Shown here: positions 16,503-25,164 of the stretch, piece after piece
How positions within the stretch are numbered: the first letter of the stretch is position 1
Layout: every line of letters begins with the position of its first letter
Origin: a virus
Strand: one strand, 5' to 3'
Virus record (IMG/VR): IMGVR_UViG_3300045988_134432
Span: 1-41,715 of that record
Length of the DNA stretch: 41,715 bases
Notes under the pieces: model-generated
The model's input: the letters and a program-made list of their open reading frames with translations, nothing else
Databases searched by the model: none
Told to the model about the DNA's origin: nothing
Program-made: the position numbers and the translations under genes

Positions 16503-18173
16503 TCACCTCCACGGTAATTCTGGATACAATTCTTTTATTTCTTTAATTATACTTCTTAATTCATCTGCAGTCAATGTATTACGGCGATACTTATGTTTTA
16601 ACTCCTGAGCTCTGCAAACGCATTCTGACCACTGTGATCCACCAATATCATATCGATGATGTGTTATTTCATGAATCAATGTTTCAGCGGTTTTTTCAAT
16701 TGTTTTTGTGTCTGATGCATAAATACGAATATTATCTTTCCATTGCTTTCCGTATAATTTATCTGGATTATCAACATGATATGCTAATTCTATATTAATT
16801 TCCGGATGATCAACAATATATTTCATTGTCTCTTTTCCAATGTCGGACTTATTCAAATTTCTCTGAACACTCCAATGATTGATCAGATCCTTTTGTCCTA
16901 AATTAAAATCAGTTAATCGTTCTGTAAATTTAGATTCATTGACTTTTGTTTTTCTGTTACTCCATACAGCTTTCTGTGCAACACTACGACCAAATCCAAC
17001 GATATCTCCTGCTTTGTTCTTCACTGCATGGATCTGAACTCTGGCAGATTCATATCTTCTTCCTGTTTCTTTACAGAAAGCTTTCAATGCCGCTTCCTGT
17101 TTCTTTAATCTTACAGATTCTTCATTAAAGCGATTCTGTAAAGTATTTTTCAAAGTATCATCTTTCGCTTCACTGATCGCTGAATTATATCCAGCAAGTT
17201 TCCTCTTTGTTTCTCTGATCTGTCGTTCATGACTTCTCTGCATCTGACTTGCTTCATATTCTGTAAATTGCTTTCCATTGTATTCCACATTCTTTGCAGA
17301 ATAATCATCTAACATTTCTTGCGTATATGCTGGTGTCGATATTCCTGGGAAGAATGCATGGAAGTTATGGCGGCAATTCCAACCGCATAACCCTGGTCCT
17401 GTTCCATATCCTGTTGCTTCATAGAAGTTTTCATACTTCGGATCCGTCCCAGATAAACAAAAAACCTTCCCTTGCCATACGGCATGTTCCGGTCTTGCTC
17501 CTTCATGTGCAGTTGTTTCAACATAATCACAGTTCTGATCTTTTGCGTATTGCAAGTTCATTTCTGCTGCAGTCTGGTTTACTCCGGTAAGTACAGCTCT
17601 TCTTACCGCGACATCTAATTTATCGACATGCTGTGACGGATATAAGACTTCTGTTCCCTGCACTGCTGCCTCTTTGATCGCATCTGCAATTGCTTTGTCA
17701 TAACTGAATGCTCCAGAACTAACTTTCATCTGTGCTCTATTACAAGCTTGTATGTAAGCTGACTGTGATCTTACTGCGGTTGTCATCGTGAGATTATCAA
17801 GTTCCTGGCATGTTTTTCTGATATTTGCTTGCAAGATTCTCTGCATTCCATTGGACTGATTTAACTTAATATCTTCTTTGCCTGCCTGTTTGTAATATAC
17901 AGCCTCGTTCTTTAAATTCCTAACACCTGCTTCTTCATACATTCTCTGAACTTCATGCTTTTGATATCCAGATACCTGACTTACTCGCTTGATCGTATCT
18001 TTATAAACAAGACCTGCATTCTGTAAAACTTCAGCCTGATGTTTTGTTGACTCTGATACATTTCCCATCTTTACGATTCTTTTTGCCATATCAGATATGA
18101 TCGTTATTGTCAGAGTGTCAATGATGCCAAGTAACTGATCGGAGAACTTTTCCAAATACTTCGGATCAAGCAT
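16503..18173 (-). CDS. MuF/SPP1 gp7-family head morphogenesis protein with C-terminal HExxH (zincin-like) extension
   Basis: 556 aa. The MuF core reads TTAHEGARPEHAVWQGKVF...GLCGWNCRHNFHAFFPG. It is followed by a coiled linker (YEASQMQRSHERQIRETKRKL...) and a ~170-aa C-terminal domain containing HEITHH (HEITH = 16659-16673). The gene lies after the portal gene. Confidence 0.8.
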   Translation of the reverse strand: MLDPKYLEKFSDQLLGIIDTLTITIISDMAKRIVKMGNVSESTKHQAEVLQNAGLVYKDTIKRVSQVSGYQKHEVQRMYEEAGVRNLKNEAVYYKQAGKEDIKLNQSNGMQRILQANIRKTCQELDNLTMTTAVRSQSAYIQACNRAQMKVSSGAFSYDKAIADAIKEAAVQGTEVLYPSQHVDKLDVAVRRAVLTGVNQTAAEMNLQYAKDQNCDYVETTAHEGARPEHAVWQGKVFCLSGTDPKYENFYEATGYGTGPGLCGWNCRHNFHAFFPGISTPAYTQEMLDDYSAKNVEYNGKQFTEYEASQMQRSHERQIRETKRKLAGYNSAISEAKDDTLKNTLQNRFNEESVRLKKQEAALKAFCKETGRRYESARVQIHAVKNKAGDIVGFGRSVAQKAVWSNRKTKVNESKFTERLTDFNLGQKDLINHWSVQRNLNKSDIGKETMKYIVDHPEINIELAYHVDNPDKLYGKQWKDNIRIYASDTKTIEKTAETLIHEITHHRYDIGGSQWSECVCRAQELKHKYRRNTLTADELRSIIKEIKELYPELPWR

Positions 18174-18183
18174 CTGTGATCAC

Positions 18184-19578
18184 CTACTCTTCCTGGATGG
18201 TAAAACGATCATCCTGTGCCGGCATCATTTTCAATGCTTCTTCCTCAGATACGCCATACTTGGCCGCAATGTATATTTCTTTTCGGATCAGTCCTGCAGT
18301 TGCATCCTGCTGCATACTCTGCAGTTCCTGTTCTTTGTCGATCACGATCGAATCGTCCCAGTCAAAACTGATCTCGTATTTCTTGCCACCATTTAGATTA
18401 GCAAGCTGTGCGATCACATCCATTGCATAGATTAATTGTTCTAATGCTTTCTGCAAAGCTTTTTGAATATCAGATACTGTGCTGTATGATCGTTGTTTAC
18501 TTGTCTTAATCTCTTCTGCAGTCTTATCAACTGTGTTCAGATCGCTCAGAGTTCCATATGCCAATCCAGAATTAAACTCTACCCTACGAAGAATCGCATT
18601 AAATCCATTGATAAGGCTCTCATCACGGATCGGCGGTGCAAATACCTTGTACTGCTCCTTATCATCGTCAAAATCCATCATTCGGAAAAGTCTTTCTTTT
18701 CCTTTTGGAAGGTCAAATTCTCCGTTTTCTTTTCGCTTAAATAAGCTAACGTCTCCATCAATTGCTAATTCAGATCCCTCAAATTCCCATAATATCCTCG
18801 TCCATTGATAATCCGCTTCTTTGATGTCATCTACCGCTCTGGAATATACAGATACTCCCAACGGAGATGAATCATCAACGTTATTTGCGTTCGGAATCTT
18901 GAAATATGCAAATAACGGCTTCTTCACATTTATGATTGTGACGGTTTCTTCAAGATCGGCCCACTCCGGTACAGCACTAAGCGGTACTTCTTTTCCTAAC
19001 ACCTCAACGTTATCAAGGTCCTGCCTTACAAAAGCTTTGTTGATAATGTAGTATGTAGCCGTCTTTTCATCGTGTCGATGATATTCCAGTCTTGTATATA
19101 CCTGTTTTCCTATCGTGACAGTTTCCATAAATACTGCTGCAATAACTTCTCCTCTGGAATTAAATTTTACAGGAAAGAACCGATCGGCCTGAACCATGTC
19201 CACTTCTATATGCCCATCCGACACGTAAGGCTTCATTGCAAGTCCACCCTTTGCACAGGCATATTCCGTATAGGTTCGTATATTATCAATCACAGTTTGA
19301 TATTCATCATTCAGAAACTTATTCCCTGTGATCTCTGTCTTTAGTTCTAACGTAACAAGCCTTGCAAATTCTCCGGCAATGGCAGCAGGCAATCCGCAAA
19401 GCTTTAGATCTTTTCGTTTCCAAGGCGGCTGATTTTTATACATCTTCGACCAGAGATCAATTTCTCTTGCCATCTTGTCCGATACGGCAATATCAACTCC
19501 GATCGCATCCTTAATATTTTCTTTTCCAAGCATTTTTCTTATCACCTGCCTTATTCGCTCAATAATTTCTTTTATCAT
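18184..19578 (-). CDS. Portal protein (SPP1 gp6-like)
   Basis: 464 aa. It lies between TerL and MuF, with an N-terminal pattern typical of Firmicutes portal proteins (...IDLWSKMYKNQPPW...LPAAIAGEFARLVTLE). Confidence 0.85.
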   Translation of the reverse strand: MIKEIIERIRQVIRKMLGKENIKDAIGVDIAVSDKMAREIDLWSKMYKNQPPWKRKDLKLCGLPAAIAGEFARLVTLELKTEITGNKFLNDEYQTVIDNIRTYTEYACAKGGLAMKPYVSDGHIEVDMVQADRFFPVKFNSRGEVIAAVFMETVTIGKQVYTRLEYHRHDEKTATYYIINKAFVRQDLDNVEVLGKEVPLSAVPEWADLEETVTIINVKKPLFAYFKIPNANNVDDSSPLGVSVYSRAVDDIKEADYQWTRILWEFEGSELAIDGDVSLFKRKENGEFDLPKGKERLFRMMDFDDDKEQYKVFAPPIRDESLINGFNAILRRVEFNSGLAYGTLSDLNTVDKTAEEIKTSKQRSYSTVSDIQKALQKALEQLIYAMDVIAQLANLNGGKKYEISFDWDDSIVIDKEQELQSMQQDATAGLIRKEIYIAAKYGVSEEEALKMMPAQDDRFTIQEE

Positions 19579-19582
19579 TTAA

Positions 19583-20848
19583 TCAACTCCATTTTCGTTC
19601 ACGTCTTACGATCGTGTAAGCAAAATATCTCACTGCATCCATGCAATGATCATGTTGCTTCACTGGTTTATCTTCTCCACGTTCCAATGCCTTATCATCC
19701 CAGATATAAGAGCCAAACTCTTTGATTGTTTCTTTACAACATTCAGAGAACAGTAATACACCTAGATTTAACAGATTTCCGACAAATCGAATACCATCAA
19801 GTACATCATTCTTTGCTTTCTTAACCTTGAATCCTCTTTTCTTAAGCTCTGCGATAAAGGATGCTGCTGCCGGATCGACAATGATCGATTCAACATTGAT
19901 TCCTTCCAGGAACTCTTCCATGTCATCTGCATACTCTCCATCGGTCTTCTGCGTGGTCTCATCTCGGCCAGAATAGTAATATTCTTTCGTAGCAACCCAC
20001 TGACCTTTCTGGTTCTTCTCCCATAAAAGATATACTGTCGCATTCTGTGTACCATAATCGACACTGACGTATTTACTGCCGGTTGTTGACTGCTTTTCTG
20101 ATGTGGCATGCTTTTCTATATTAAACATGTCGTAAATAATTCCCTCAGCTACGGCCCACAGACCTAAGATATAACGTTTATAAAACACTCCGGTATACAT
20201 TGCTCGATATCGAGCTTTAATTCGCTCAGATAAGCTTAAATTGTCGTCCATCGTAAAGTGTAGATAGACAAGTTTCTTTTCATCTGCACGATCAATCCAG
20301 TTAGTTTTAAACCAATGATAAGGTCCATCGGGGTTGCAGTTGAACCAGTATTTAGATCCATCAACGGAACATCGTCCTGTTGCCTGGTTAACAAAAGATT
20401 CAGGCATCAGTGCCACTTCATCAAAAAAGACTCCTGCAAGTGTGATACCCTGTATCAAGTCCTGTGATCGCTCATCCTTACCGCCAAAGATGTAAAAATA
20501 ATTTTCTTTGCCACCTCTCCGGATAACAACTAAGTTATCAGCTCTGTGATCTTCAACGTGGTATCCTCGACTCTTAAGCATAAGCTTTAACCAAAAGAGT
20601 ACGTTTCTCCGGAAAGAACCAATCGTCTTACCGCACATACCGAAGTTCTGGCCATTGAACGTTTCCATTGCCCACATTGCAAAGGATAAACACATAGAAA
20701 CTGTTTTCCCCGATCGAATAGCTCCATCTGCTATGATTCCATCTTGATCATGCACTGGCGAATTTGGTAGCCACCAGGTAAGTATCTTTTTCTGCTTCTT
20801 AGAGAATGGCCGAAACTTAAAGACAGCTTTCTTTATTCTTCTTCCCAT
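19583..20848 (-). CDS. terL: Terminase large subunit (PBSX-type)
   Basis: 421 aa. The Walker A motif is GAIRSGKT, the Walker B-like motif is VFFDEV, and the C-terminal nuclease-region residues include DHCMDAVRY. Confidence 0.9.
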   Translation of the reverse strand: MGRRIKKAVFKFRPFSKKQKKILTWWLPNSPVHDQDGIIADGAIRSGKTVSMCLSFAMWAMETFNGQNFGMCGKTIGSFRRNVLFWLKLMLKSRGYHVEDHRADNLVVIRRGGKENYFYIFGGKDERSQDLIQGITLAGVFFDEVALMPESFVNQATGRCSVDGSKYWFNCNPDGPYHWFKTNWIDRADEKKLVYLHFTMDDNLSLSERIKARYRAMYTGVFYKRYILGLWAVAEGIIYDMFNIEKHATSEKQSTTGSKYVSVDYGTQNATVYLLWEKNQKGQWVATKEYYYSGRDETTQKTDGEYADDMEEFLEGINVESIIVDPAAASFIAELKKRGFKVKKAKNDVLDGIRFVGNLLNLGVLLFSECCKETIKEFGSYIWDDKALERGEDKPVKQHDHCMDAVRYFAYTIVRRERKWS

Positions 20849-21711
20849 ACATCTGCCACCTCACCTTTTAAGGCTTCGATGAATCCATCGTCTTCTGTCT
20901 CTTCTTCGGATGTTCCGGACATGATCGCTGTCTTAGCTCTAATCTGTTCGATCTTCGCTTTCTGTTCAGCTGTAGCAATATCCATATGGTCTGCAAGCCA
21001 TTGCAAAGCTTTCATCTTATCAACCAGCTTAATGCTCGCTCCGTCTTTTCCTTGCTTCACTTCCGTGATCAGCGTTCCATCAACATCTTCAGATTGTTTG
21101 AATTTCACAGTATTAACTTCTTTTTCGAGAACCTCTTTTTCTCCAGTTTCTTTGTTTTCTACCATTACTGGACCAAAAGCACCCATAACTTGAATATTTT
21201 CTCGCCCAAACGATACATAATCTGTTACATCCGCAAATGCAATATCCATAAACTTTTGAAAGATATCTTCCTGCTTTAGCAATTCTCTGTTCATATGATT
21301 CTGCTTTAGCTGTTCAATCTCTTTTCTGATCACTGGATTCTTCATAAGTCTGCTTCCTAATACGGCAGCAGATGCATAAGTACATCCTGGATAAGCTTTC
21401 ATGTAAGCTTTCGTGTAATTAAACATCCTAGATTGATACAAACAAAAAAGCTGCTGCTGATCGGTAAGTTCATCGTTGATCACGACCTGACTTACATCCT
21501 CTGCAACGGCTTCTTTTTTGTGTGCACCCTTTTTATTTTGTGTGCACCCCTTTTGGATGCATTTTGTCTTTTTGTTCCTCGACCATGCGTATCGTTTCTT
21601 CCACGATTTCACAGTATTCATCGAGACTCCATACTTGGTAGCAATGTCTTTATACTTCATTCCGGCTACATAATCAGATTCTGCCAATATGTAGTTTTTT
21701 TCTTCATTCAC
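20833..21711 (-). CDS. terS: Terminase small subunit (N-terminal HTH plus Terminase_2-like domain)
   Basis: 292 aa. The HTH is [24 protein letters not shown]. The Terminase_2-like segment is [28 protein letters not shown]...[20 protein letters not shown]. The gene overlaps the TerL start. Confidence 0.85.
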   Translation of the reverse strand: MNEEKNYILAESDYVAGMKYKDIATKYGVSMNTVKSWKKRYAWSRNKKTKCIQKGCTQNKKGAHKKEAVAEDVSQVVINDELTDQQQLFCLYQSRMFNYTKAYMKAYPGCTYASAAVLGSRLMKNPVIRKEIEQLKQNHMNRELLKQEDIFQKFMDIAFADVTDYVSFGRENIQVMGAFGPVMVENKETGEKEVLEKEVNTVKFKQSEDVDGTLITEVKQGKDGASIKLVDKMKALQWLADHMDIATAEQKAKIEQIRAKTAIMSGTSEEETEDDGFIEALKGEVADVWEEE

Positions 21712-21890
21712 ACATTACCACCCTCCTTCTTCAGGTACTCGCATAGTTTCTCACATTTCTGAGCATTACTGCATCGAATTATTGTATCCACTTTACAACC
21801 AGTCCCTACATATCCTCTGCTCATAACCTGTGTTTCAGGTTTGAACTCTTCACAGTTCTGGCAGTAATCTTCTACTTGTAATCTGATCAT
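21708..21890 (-). CDS. Small Cys-rich hypothetical protein
   Basis: 60 aa with 6 Cys. An AGGAGGG RBS lies 7 nt upstream, and the stop overlaps the terS start. Confidence 0.6.
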   Translation of the reverse strand: MIRLQVEDYCQNCEEFKPETQVMSRGYVGTGCKVDTIIRCSNAQKCEKLCEYLKKEGGNV

Positions 21891-21914
21891 ATGTTTTCCC
21901 TCCTATATTTCAAA

Positions 21915-21988
21915 TGGACCTCCGGGGACTCGAACCCTGGACCAATCGGTTATGAGCCGATTGCTCTGACCTGCTGAGCTAGAGGTCC
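21915..21988 (-). tRNA. tRNA with CAT anticodon (Met, or Ile2 if lysidinylated)
   Basis: The minus-strand sequence is GGACCTC-TA-GCTC-AGCAGGTCA-GAGC-A-ATCGG-CTCATAA-CCGAT-TGGTC-CAGGG-TTCGAGT-CCCCG-GAGGTCC-A. It forms a 74-nt cloverleaf with a GTTCGAGT T-loop and one A:C mismatch in the T-stem. CCA is not encoded. Confidence 0.85.
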
Positions 21989-21992
21989 TTAT

Positions 21993-22008
21993 GCCGGATT
22001 ACTCCGGC
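21993..22008. other. Stem-loop between the upstream stop codon and the tRNA 5' end
   Basis: GCCGGA-ttac-TCCGGC. The T-run follows it only on the plus strand, so any role is unclear (processing, stabilising, or blocking antisense transcription). Confidence 0.4.
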
Positions 22009-22010
22009 TT

Positions 22011-22301
22011 TTATTCTTCTGTGTGGCATGTATTTGTCAGCTTCTTATACACGTCCTCATATAGTTCCTGTTTGTCTCCGTTGTACGTGTATTCTGCATA
22101 GATACCGTCCCCACTTACTGTAGTAGATACCAGGCATTTGTAGTTCTGTAATGTCTTACAGCTCCATACTACAAATACATTGCTTAAGTCAATCGGCTGA
22201 ATGTCATTAGGTTCTTTGTGAGGGTTATCGCTCTTGTTATACCAATCAACCATTTTTCTCTTACAAACACTCTGAAAGTGATCCATTCCTGTAATGATCA
22301 T
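22011..22301 (-). CDS. Hypothetical phage protein
   Basis: 96 aa with an AAGGAG RBS. Confidence 0.7.
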   Translation of the reverse strand: MIITGMDHFQSVCKRKMVDWYNKSDNPHKEPNDIQPIDLSNVFVVWSCKTLQNYKCLVSTTVSGDGIYAEYTYNGDKQELYEDVYKKLTNTCHTEE

Positions 22302-22312
22302 TTTGTTCTCCT

Positions 22313-22762
22313 TTACTCGGACATCAAATCTACTTTTTCAATTGCTGCTCTTGCTTCAAGCACTGCGATATATTCAGACATTGCTCTGATCTGCATATTG
22401 TAAATGCTACGTGGACAAGTTGGTTCAAATTCAAGTGTTCCATCATCCCACTTTTTAAGCATTCCCTTTAATCCTTCATAACGAATTACTAACTGAGCAT
22501 ATTCTGCCTTGAAACGTTCTTTATAATCTGTACTTATCATGCCAACAGCTGTTGCCGGTAATTTGTTTTTGTCATATTCAATATAATCAGCTTCGAACAT
22601 TTCTTTTAGTAACCACTGCACATATCCGTTCTCATATTCCATCAAGTATCCTTCATCCATCGGATCTTCATCTGCAGGAATCTGCCATCCTCGATAATTG
22701 TTATAATCACCTCTTGTCATCGGTTCTGCTTTAACGATTTTTGTTCCAATATACTGTTTCAT
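22313..22762 (-). CDS. Hypothetical phage protein
   Basis: 149 aa with a GAAAGGGTGG RBS. It is the first gene after the terminator at 22790-22823. Confidence 0.7.
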   Translation of the reverse strand: MKQYIGTKIVKAEPMTRGDYNNYRGWQIPADEDPMDEGYLMEYENGYVQWLLKEMFEADYIEYDKNKLPATAVGMISTDYKERFKAEYAQLVIRYEGLKGMLKKWDDGTLEFEPTCPRSIYNMQIRAMSEYIAVLEARAAIEKVDLMSE

Positions 22763-22789
22763 TCGTTACCACCCTTTCTAAATTTACGC

Positions 22790-22823
22790 ATAAAAAGACT
22801 CGGGGTCCGAAGATCACCCGAGT
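22790..22823 (-). terminator. Rho-independent terminator between the activator-like gene and the late/packaging genes
   Basis: On the minus strand: ACTCGGG-tgatcttcggac-CCCGAGT followed by CTTTTTAT. Confidence 0.65.
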
Positions 22824-22928
22824 TCATTCATTAAGTAAAAAGAAGAGGACTAATTATGAAGTATCGCTTCATCTAATCGCTCTAGCCTATATATTAGCCT
22901 ATTTTTTGCGAACGTGACCGAACATTTT

Positions 22929-23384
22929 CTAATTTTCTTGAAAAAATCTTGTATTTCTCATTCTACAGCTATCTTCTGTATAAGCTACTCTCCTCTTTGG
23001 ATGTAACTGATTCATCCTATGTGCCACCTGTAGCCACGTCATGCCATCAATGTAGTAGAACCTGAACATCATTCTAAGTTCGCTCTTCTCAATGCTATTT
23101 ATGTATTCTTCCGCTTGGTTCATAAGTTCCAGAAGTTCATTCTCTTTCTCGATCAGCATCGCTTTTCGTTTATTAAGCAGCAGCTTCTTTCGTCTTAACT
23201 CTGGTACTGGCATACCCTCAACAACAAAATGCTGTATTCCACCCATGCCACCGCTTACTGTGTCTTTTACAGTTCCTTCTTCCTCAATCCTTGCGATCCG
23301 CTTCTCTGTTTGCAAGATTCGTTTTCTTATATCTTTCACTTCTTCAATCATGTCTGCGTATTGGATCAGTACGTTCTTGTCCAC
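22929..23384 (-). CDS. Putative late-gene transcriptional activator (sigma region-4 / RinA-ArpU-like)
   Basis: 151 aa. The GTG start is preceded by AGGAGGGGAGAAC. The N-terminus is a coiled coil. The C-terminal SELRMMFRFYYIDGMTWLQVAHRM resembles a sigma-70 region-4 HTH. The position, just upstream of the terS block, matches that of RinA/ArpU-type activators. Confidence 0.45.
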   Translation of the reverse strand: MDKNVLIQYADMIEEVKDIRKRILQTEKRIARIEEEGTVKDTVSGGMGGIQHFVVEGMPVPELRRKKLLLNKRKAMLIEKENELLELMNQAEEYINSIEKSELRMMFRFYYIDGMTWLQVAHRMNQLHPKRRVAYTEDSCRMRNTRFFQEN

Positions 23385-23523
23385 GTTCTCCCCTCCTGTT
23401 ACGATTTATTATCTGCTGCCTTATCCGTTCTGTCATTTTCTGGTACTCTTGTTTGTATTGCACCCGATCGGCACAAATGCCCATGCAGTTTATCTCTGCA
23501 CAGGCTTTGCATGGATCTACCAT
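23344..23523 (-). CDS. Possible 59-aa Cys-containing ORF, translationally coupled (not in the ORF track)
   Basis: My manual translation gives MVDPCKACAEINCMGICADRVQYKQEYQKMTERIRQQIINRNRRGERGQERTDPIRRHD. Its ATG overlaps the upstream stop (ATATGGTAG), and its 3' end overlaps the next gene by 41 nt. Confidence 0.35.
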   Translation of the reverse strand: MVDPCKACAEINCMGICADRVQYKQEYQKMTERIRQQIINRNRRGERGQERTDPIRRHD

Positions 23524-23741
23524 ATCTTTCTTCCACCTTTTTGCTTCATCAGGTTTCTTTTGTAAAACTTCCCTTTGGTCGTCGAATAGTATTTGTCTTT
23601 ATCTTCTTTCTTTTTCTGTCTGATCGCCTGCATGCTTAACTTCCAGGCAGTAAATTCAGTACATTTTCTTCGACATTCAACTCGTTTTTCTCTTTCTCCG
23701 CCATGATCACACTTAAAACATGGACAATCTTGATATCCCAT
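23517..23741 (-). CDS. Small Cys-rich basic protein
   Basis: 74 aa. An AAGGAG RBS precedes the start. The sequence contains CPCFKC...C...C. Confidence 0.6.
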   Translation of the reverse strand: MGYQDCPCFKCDHGGEREKRVECRRKCTEFTAWKLSMQAIRQKKKEDKDKYYSTTKGKFYKRNLMKQKGGRKIW

Positions 23742-23757
23742 TTATGTATCACTCCTT

Positions 23758-24420
23758 TTACTTTATGAATACTAGCCAACGTGTCTTTCCTCGTTGGTCT
23801 CCAAGTAATGGTTTATGATCAAATTGTTCTAGCACTTCTTTCAACGGTATCTGATCTTCATTCCACTTGAATACTAATAATCCATCTGGTTCCAGAACTC
23901 TCATACATTCATCAAATCCTTGTTTTAAATACGTTGGCCAATCTTTCGGAAGTATTCCATATTTCTTAGCTAACCAACTTCCAGTTCCAGCATGTGCTAA
24001 ATGTGGCGGATCAAATACAACTACCTTAAAACTATTATCAGCATACTTCATATTGCGAAAATCCATTTTCACATCAGGCTTGATAAGTAAATGCCTTCCA
24101 TCGCACAATGTAGTTTCGAGTTCTCTGTTATCCTGGTATAGAACTTCTGGATTCTTTTTATCAAAGTAAAACATTCTGCTGCCGCAACATGCATCTAATA
24201 TTCTTTTCTTACCTTTTATAACACCTGTCAGATTCTCTGTTATTTGTGTACCACCAAATACTTCATTGTACATTTCATTAATTTTTTCATCTGGTAGCTG
24301 TTCAAACGATGTATAACCAAGATTTACACATTTTGCATAAATCTTGCATGTTTTTTCATCACAATGTCCTATGTTTCCGCATCGTCTTCTTAATCTCCAT
24401 ATCTTCTGCTCCCTTGTCAT
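23758..24420 (-). CDS. SAM-dependent DNA methyltransferase (amino-MTase; motif I before motif IV)
   Basis: 220 aa. Motif I is ILDACCGS and motif IV is VVFDPPH. The N-terminal ~40 aa are Cys-rich. I see no cognate endonuclease gene. Confidence 0.65.
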   Translation of the reverse strand: MTREQKIWRLRRRCGNIGHCDEKTCKIYAKCVNLGYTSFEQLPDEKINEMYNEVFGGTQITENLTGVIKGKKRILDACCGSRMFYFDKKNPEVLYQDNRELETTLCDGRHLLIKPDVKMDFRNMKYADNSFKVVVFDPPHLAHAGTGSWLAKKYGILPKDWPTYLKQGFDECMRVLEPDGLLVFKWNEDQIPLKEVLEQFDHKPLLGDQRGKTRWLVFIK

Positions 24421-24515
24421 AACTCATCCCTTTCTTTCGCTGCGGCACAGAGTGACATCACTGCCACTCCTGCAACTGCTCCGATAAATAATCCGCTTAA
24501 AAATCCAATGATCAT
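24417..24515 (-). CDS. 32-aa hydrophobic peptide (not in the ORF track)
   Basis: MIIGFLSGLFIGAVAGVAVMSLCAAAKERDEL. A GGAGGG RBS lies 7 nt upstream, and the stop overlaps the methyltransferase ATG (ATGA). Confidence 0.5.
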   Translation of the reverse strand: MIIGFLSGLFIGAVAGVAVMSLCAAAKERDEL

Positions 24516-24518
24516 AAA

Positions 24519-24803
24519 TTAACCCTCCATCGTATTCTCAAACCTGTATTTTTGCCTTGCATCTGGATATTTTTCGTGATCTACTTCACTCATAAACATC
24601 TGTAATGGTCTTGCATAGATTCTTTGCATTTCTTTTGTAGCAGCATATACTACAAGCAATTCATTTGTCTCCGTATGGCGAGCAACATTAAGAACAACAT
24701 ATAAGTTCCCTTTAAAGTGTTTGTACACTTCGTAAGGTTTTGGCATGTGTCGTCCATTTAGCATTTTCACCACTCTTTCTATTTTCTCTATTGTCTTTCC
24801 CAT
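24519..24803 (-). CDS. DUF1653-like protein
   Basis: 94 aa. [29 protein letters not shown]...[12 protein letters not shown] matches the DUF1653 pattern as I recall it. Confidence 0.6.
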   Translation of the reverse strand: MGKTIEKIERVVKMLNGRHMPKPYEVYKHFKGNLYVVLNVARHTETNELLVVYAATKEMQRIYARPLQMFMSEVDHEKYPDARQKYRFENTMEG

Positions 24804-24818
24804 ATTCTTAACGCTCCT

Positions 24819-24980
24819 TTATTCCAAGTGGAATGTTACATTCTGCATGATTGATCCCAGTATCAAAAATTTAATAGCTTGATAGCAATCTTTTTTTCGG
24901 TCGGAATAAAAATAAATTCCATAACATACGATTGTTAGTGTTAAACTTAATACTTTTACAGCATCTTTTGTTGTTATCAT
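24819..24980 (-). CDS. 53-aa membrane-like ORF hidden behind the G8 tract (not in the ORF track)
   Basis: MITTKDAVKVLSLTLTIVCYGIYFYSDRKKDCYQAIKFLILGSIMQNVTFHLE. Its stop TAA abuts the AGGAG RBS of the next gene. It overlaps the 3' part of the tracked ORF 24871..25164 in another frame. Confidence 0.5.
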   Translation of the reverse strand: MITTKDAVKVLSLTLTIVCYGIYFYSDRKKDCYQAIKFLILGSIMQNVTFHLE

Positions 24981-25164
24981 TTCTTACTGCCCCCCCCACA
25001 TCGTAAATCTCACATGATACTACTTCGTTTCCTGTTCCGTTATCTGTAACCTCAACATCCACGTCATATCCGGAACCCACCAGAGCATCAATGATGATAC
25101 TCTGGATGGATTCTTCTTTTGTATGGATGTAGGCTTTTCCTAATCTTTGTCTTACTTTGCCCAT
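24871..25164 (-). CDS. Hypothetical protein; the 3' third is probably an artefactual or frameshifted read-through past a G8 tract
   Basis: 97 aa as tracked. The residues after the G-run (AVRNDNNKRCCKSIKFNTNNRML...) look non-protein-like. With G7 the ORF would end as ...YDVGGQ-TAA, 3 nt before the ATG at 24980. Confidence 0.55.
   Translation of the reverse strand: MGKVRQRLGKAYIHTKEESIQSIIIDALVGSGYDVDVEVTDNGTGNEVVSCEIYDVGGAVRNDNNKRCCKSIKFNTNNRMLWNLFLFRPKKRLLSSY
24990..24997. repeat. C8/G8 homopolymer tract
   Basis: Eight consecutive C on the plus strand. This is unusual in an AT-rich genome. It lies at the junction of two alternative reading frames. Confidence 0.95.

Noticed and set aside
19768-20109. 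113-aa same-strand alternative-frame ORF inside the terminase large subunit gene
   Set aside because: It is embedded out of frame in a gene with clear terminase motifs, and there is no independent start signal.
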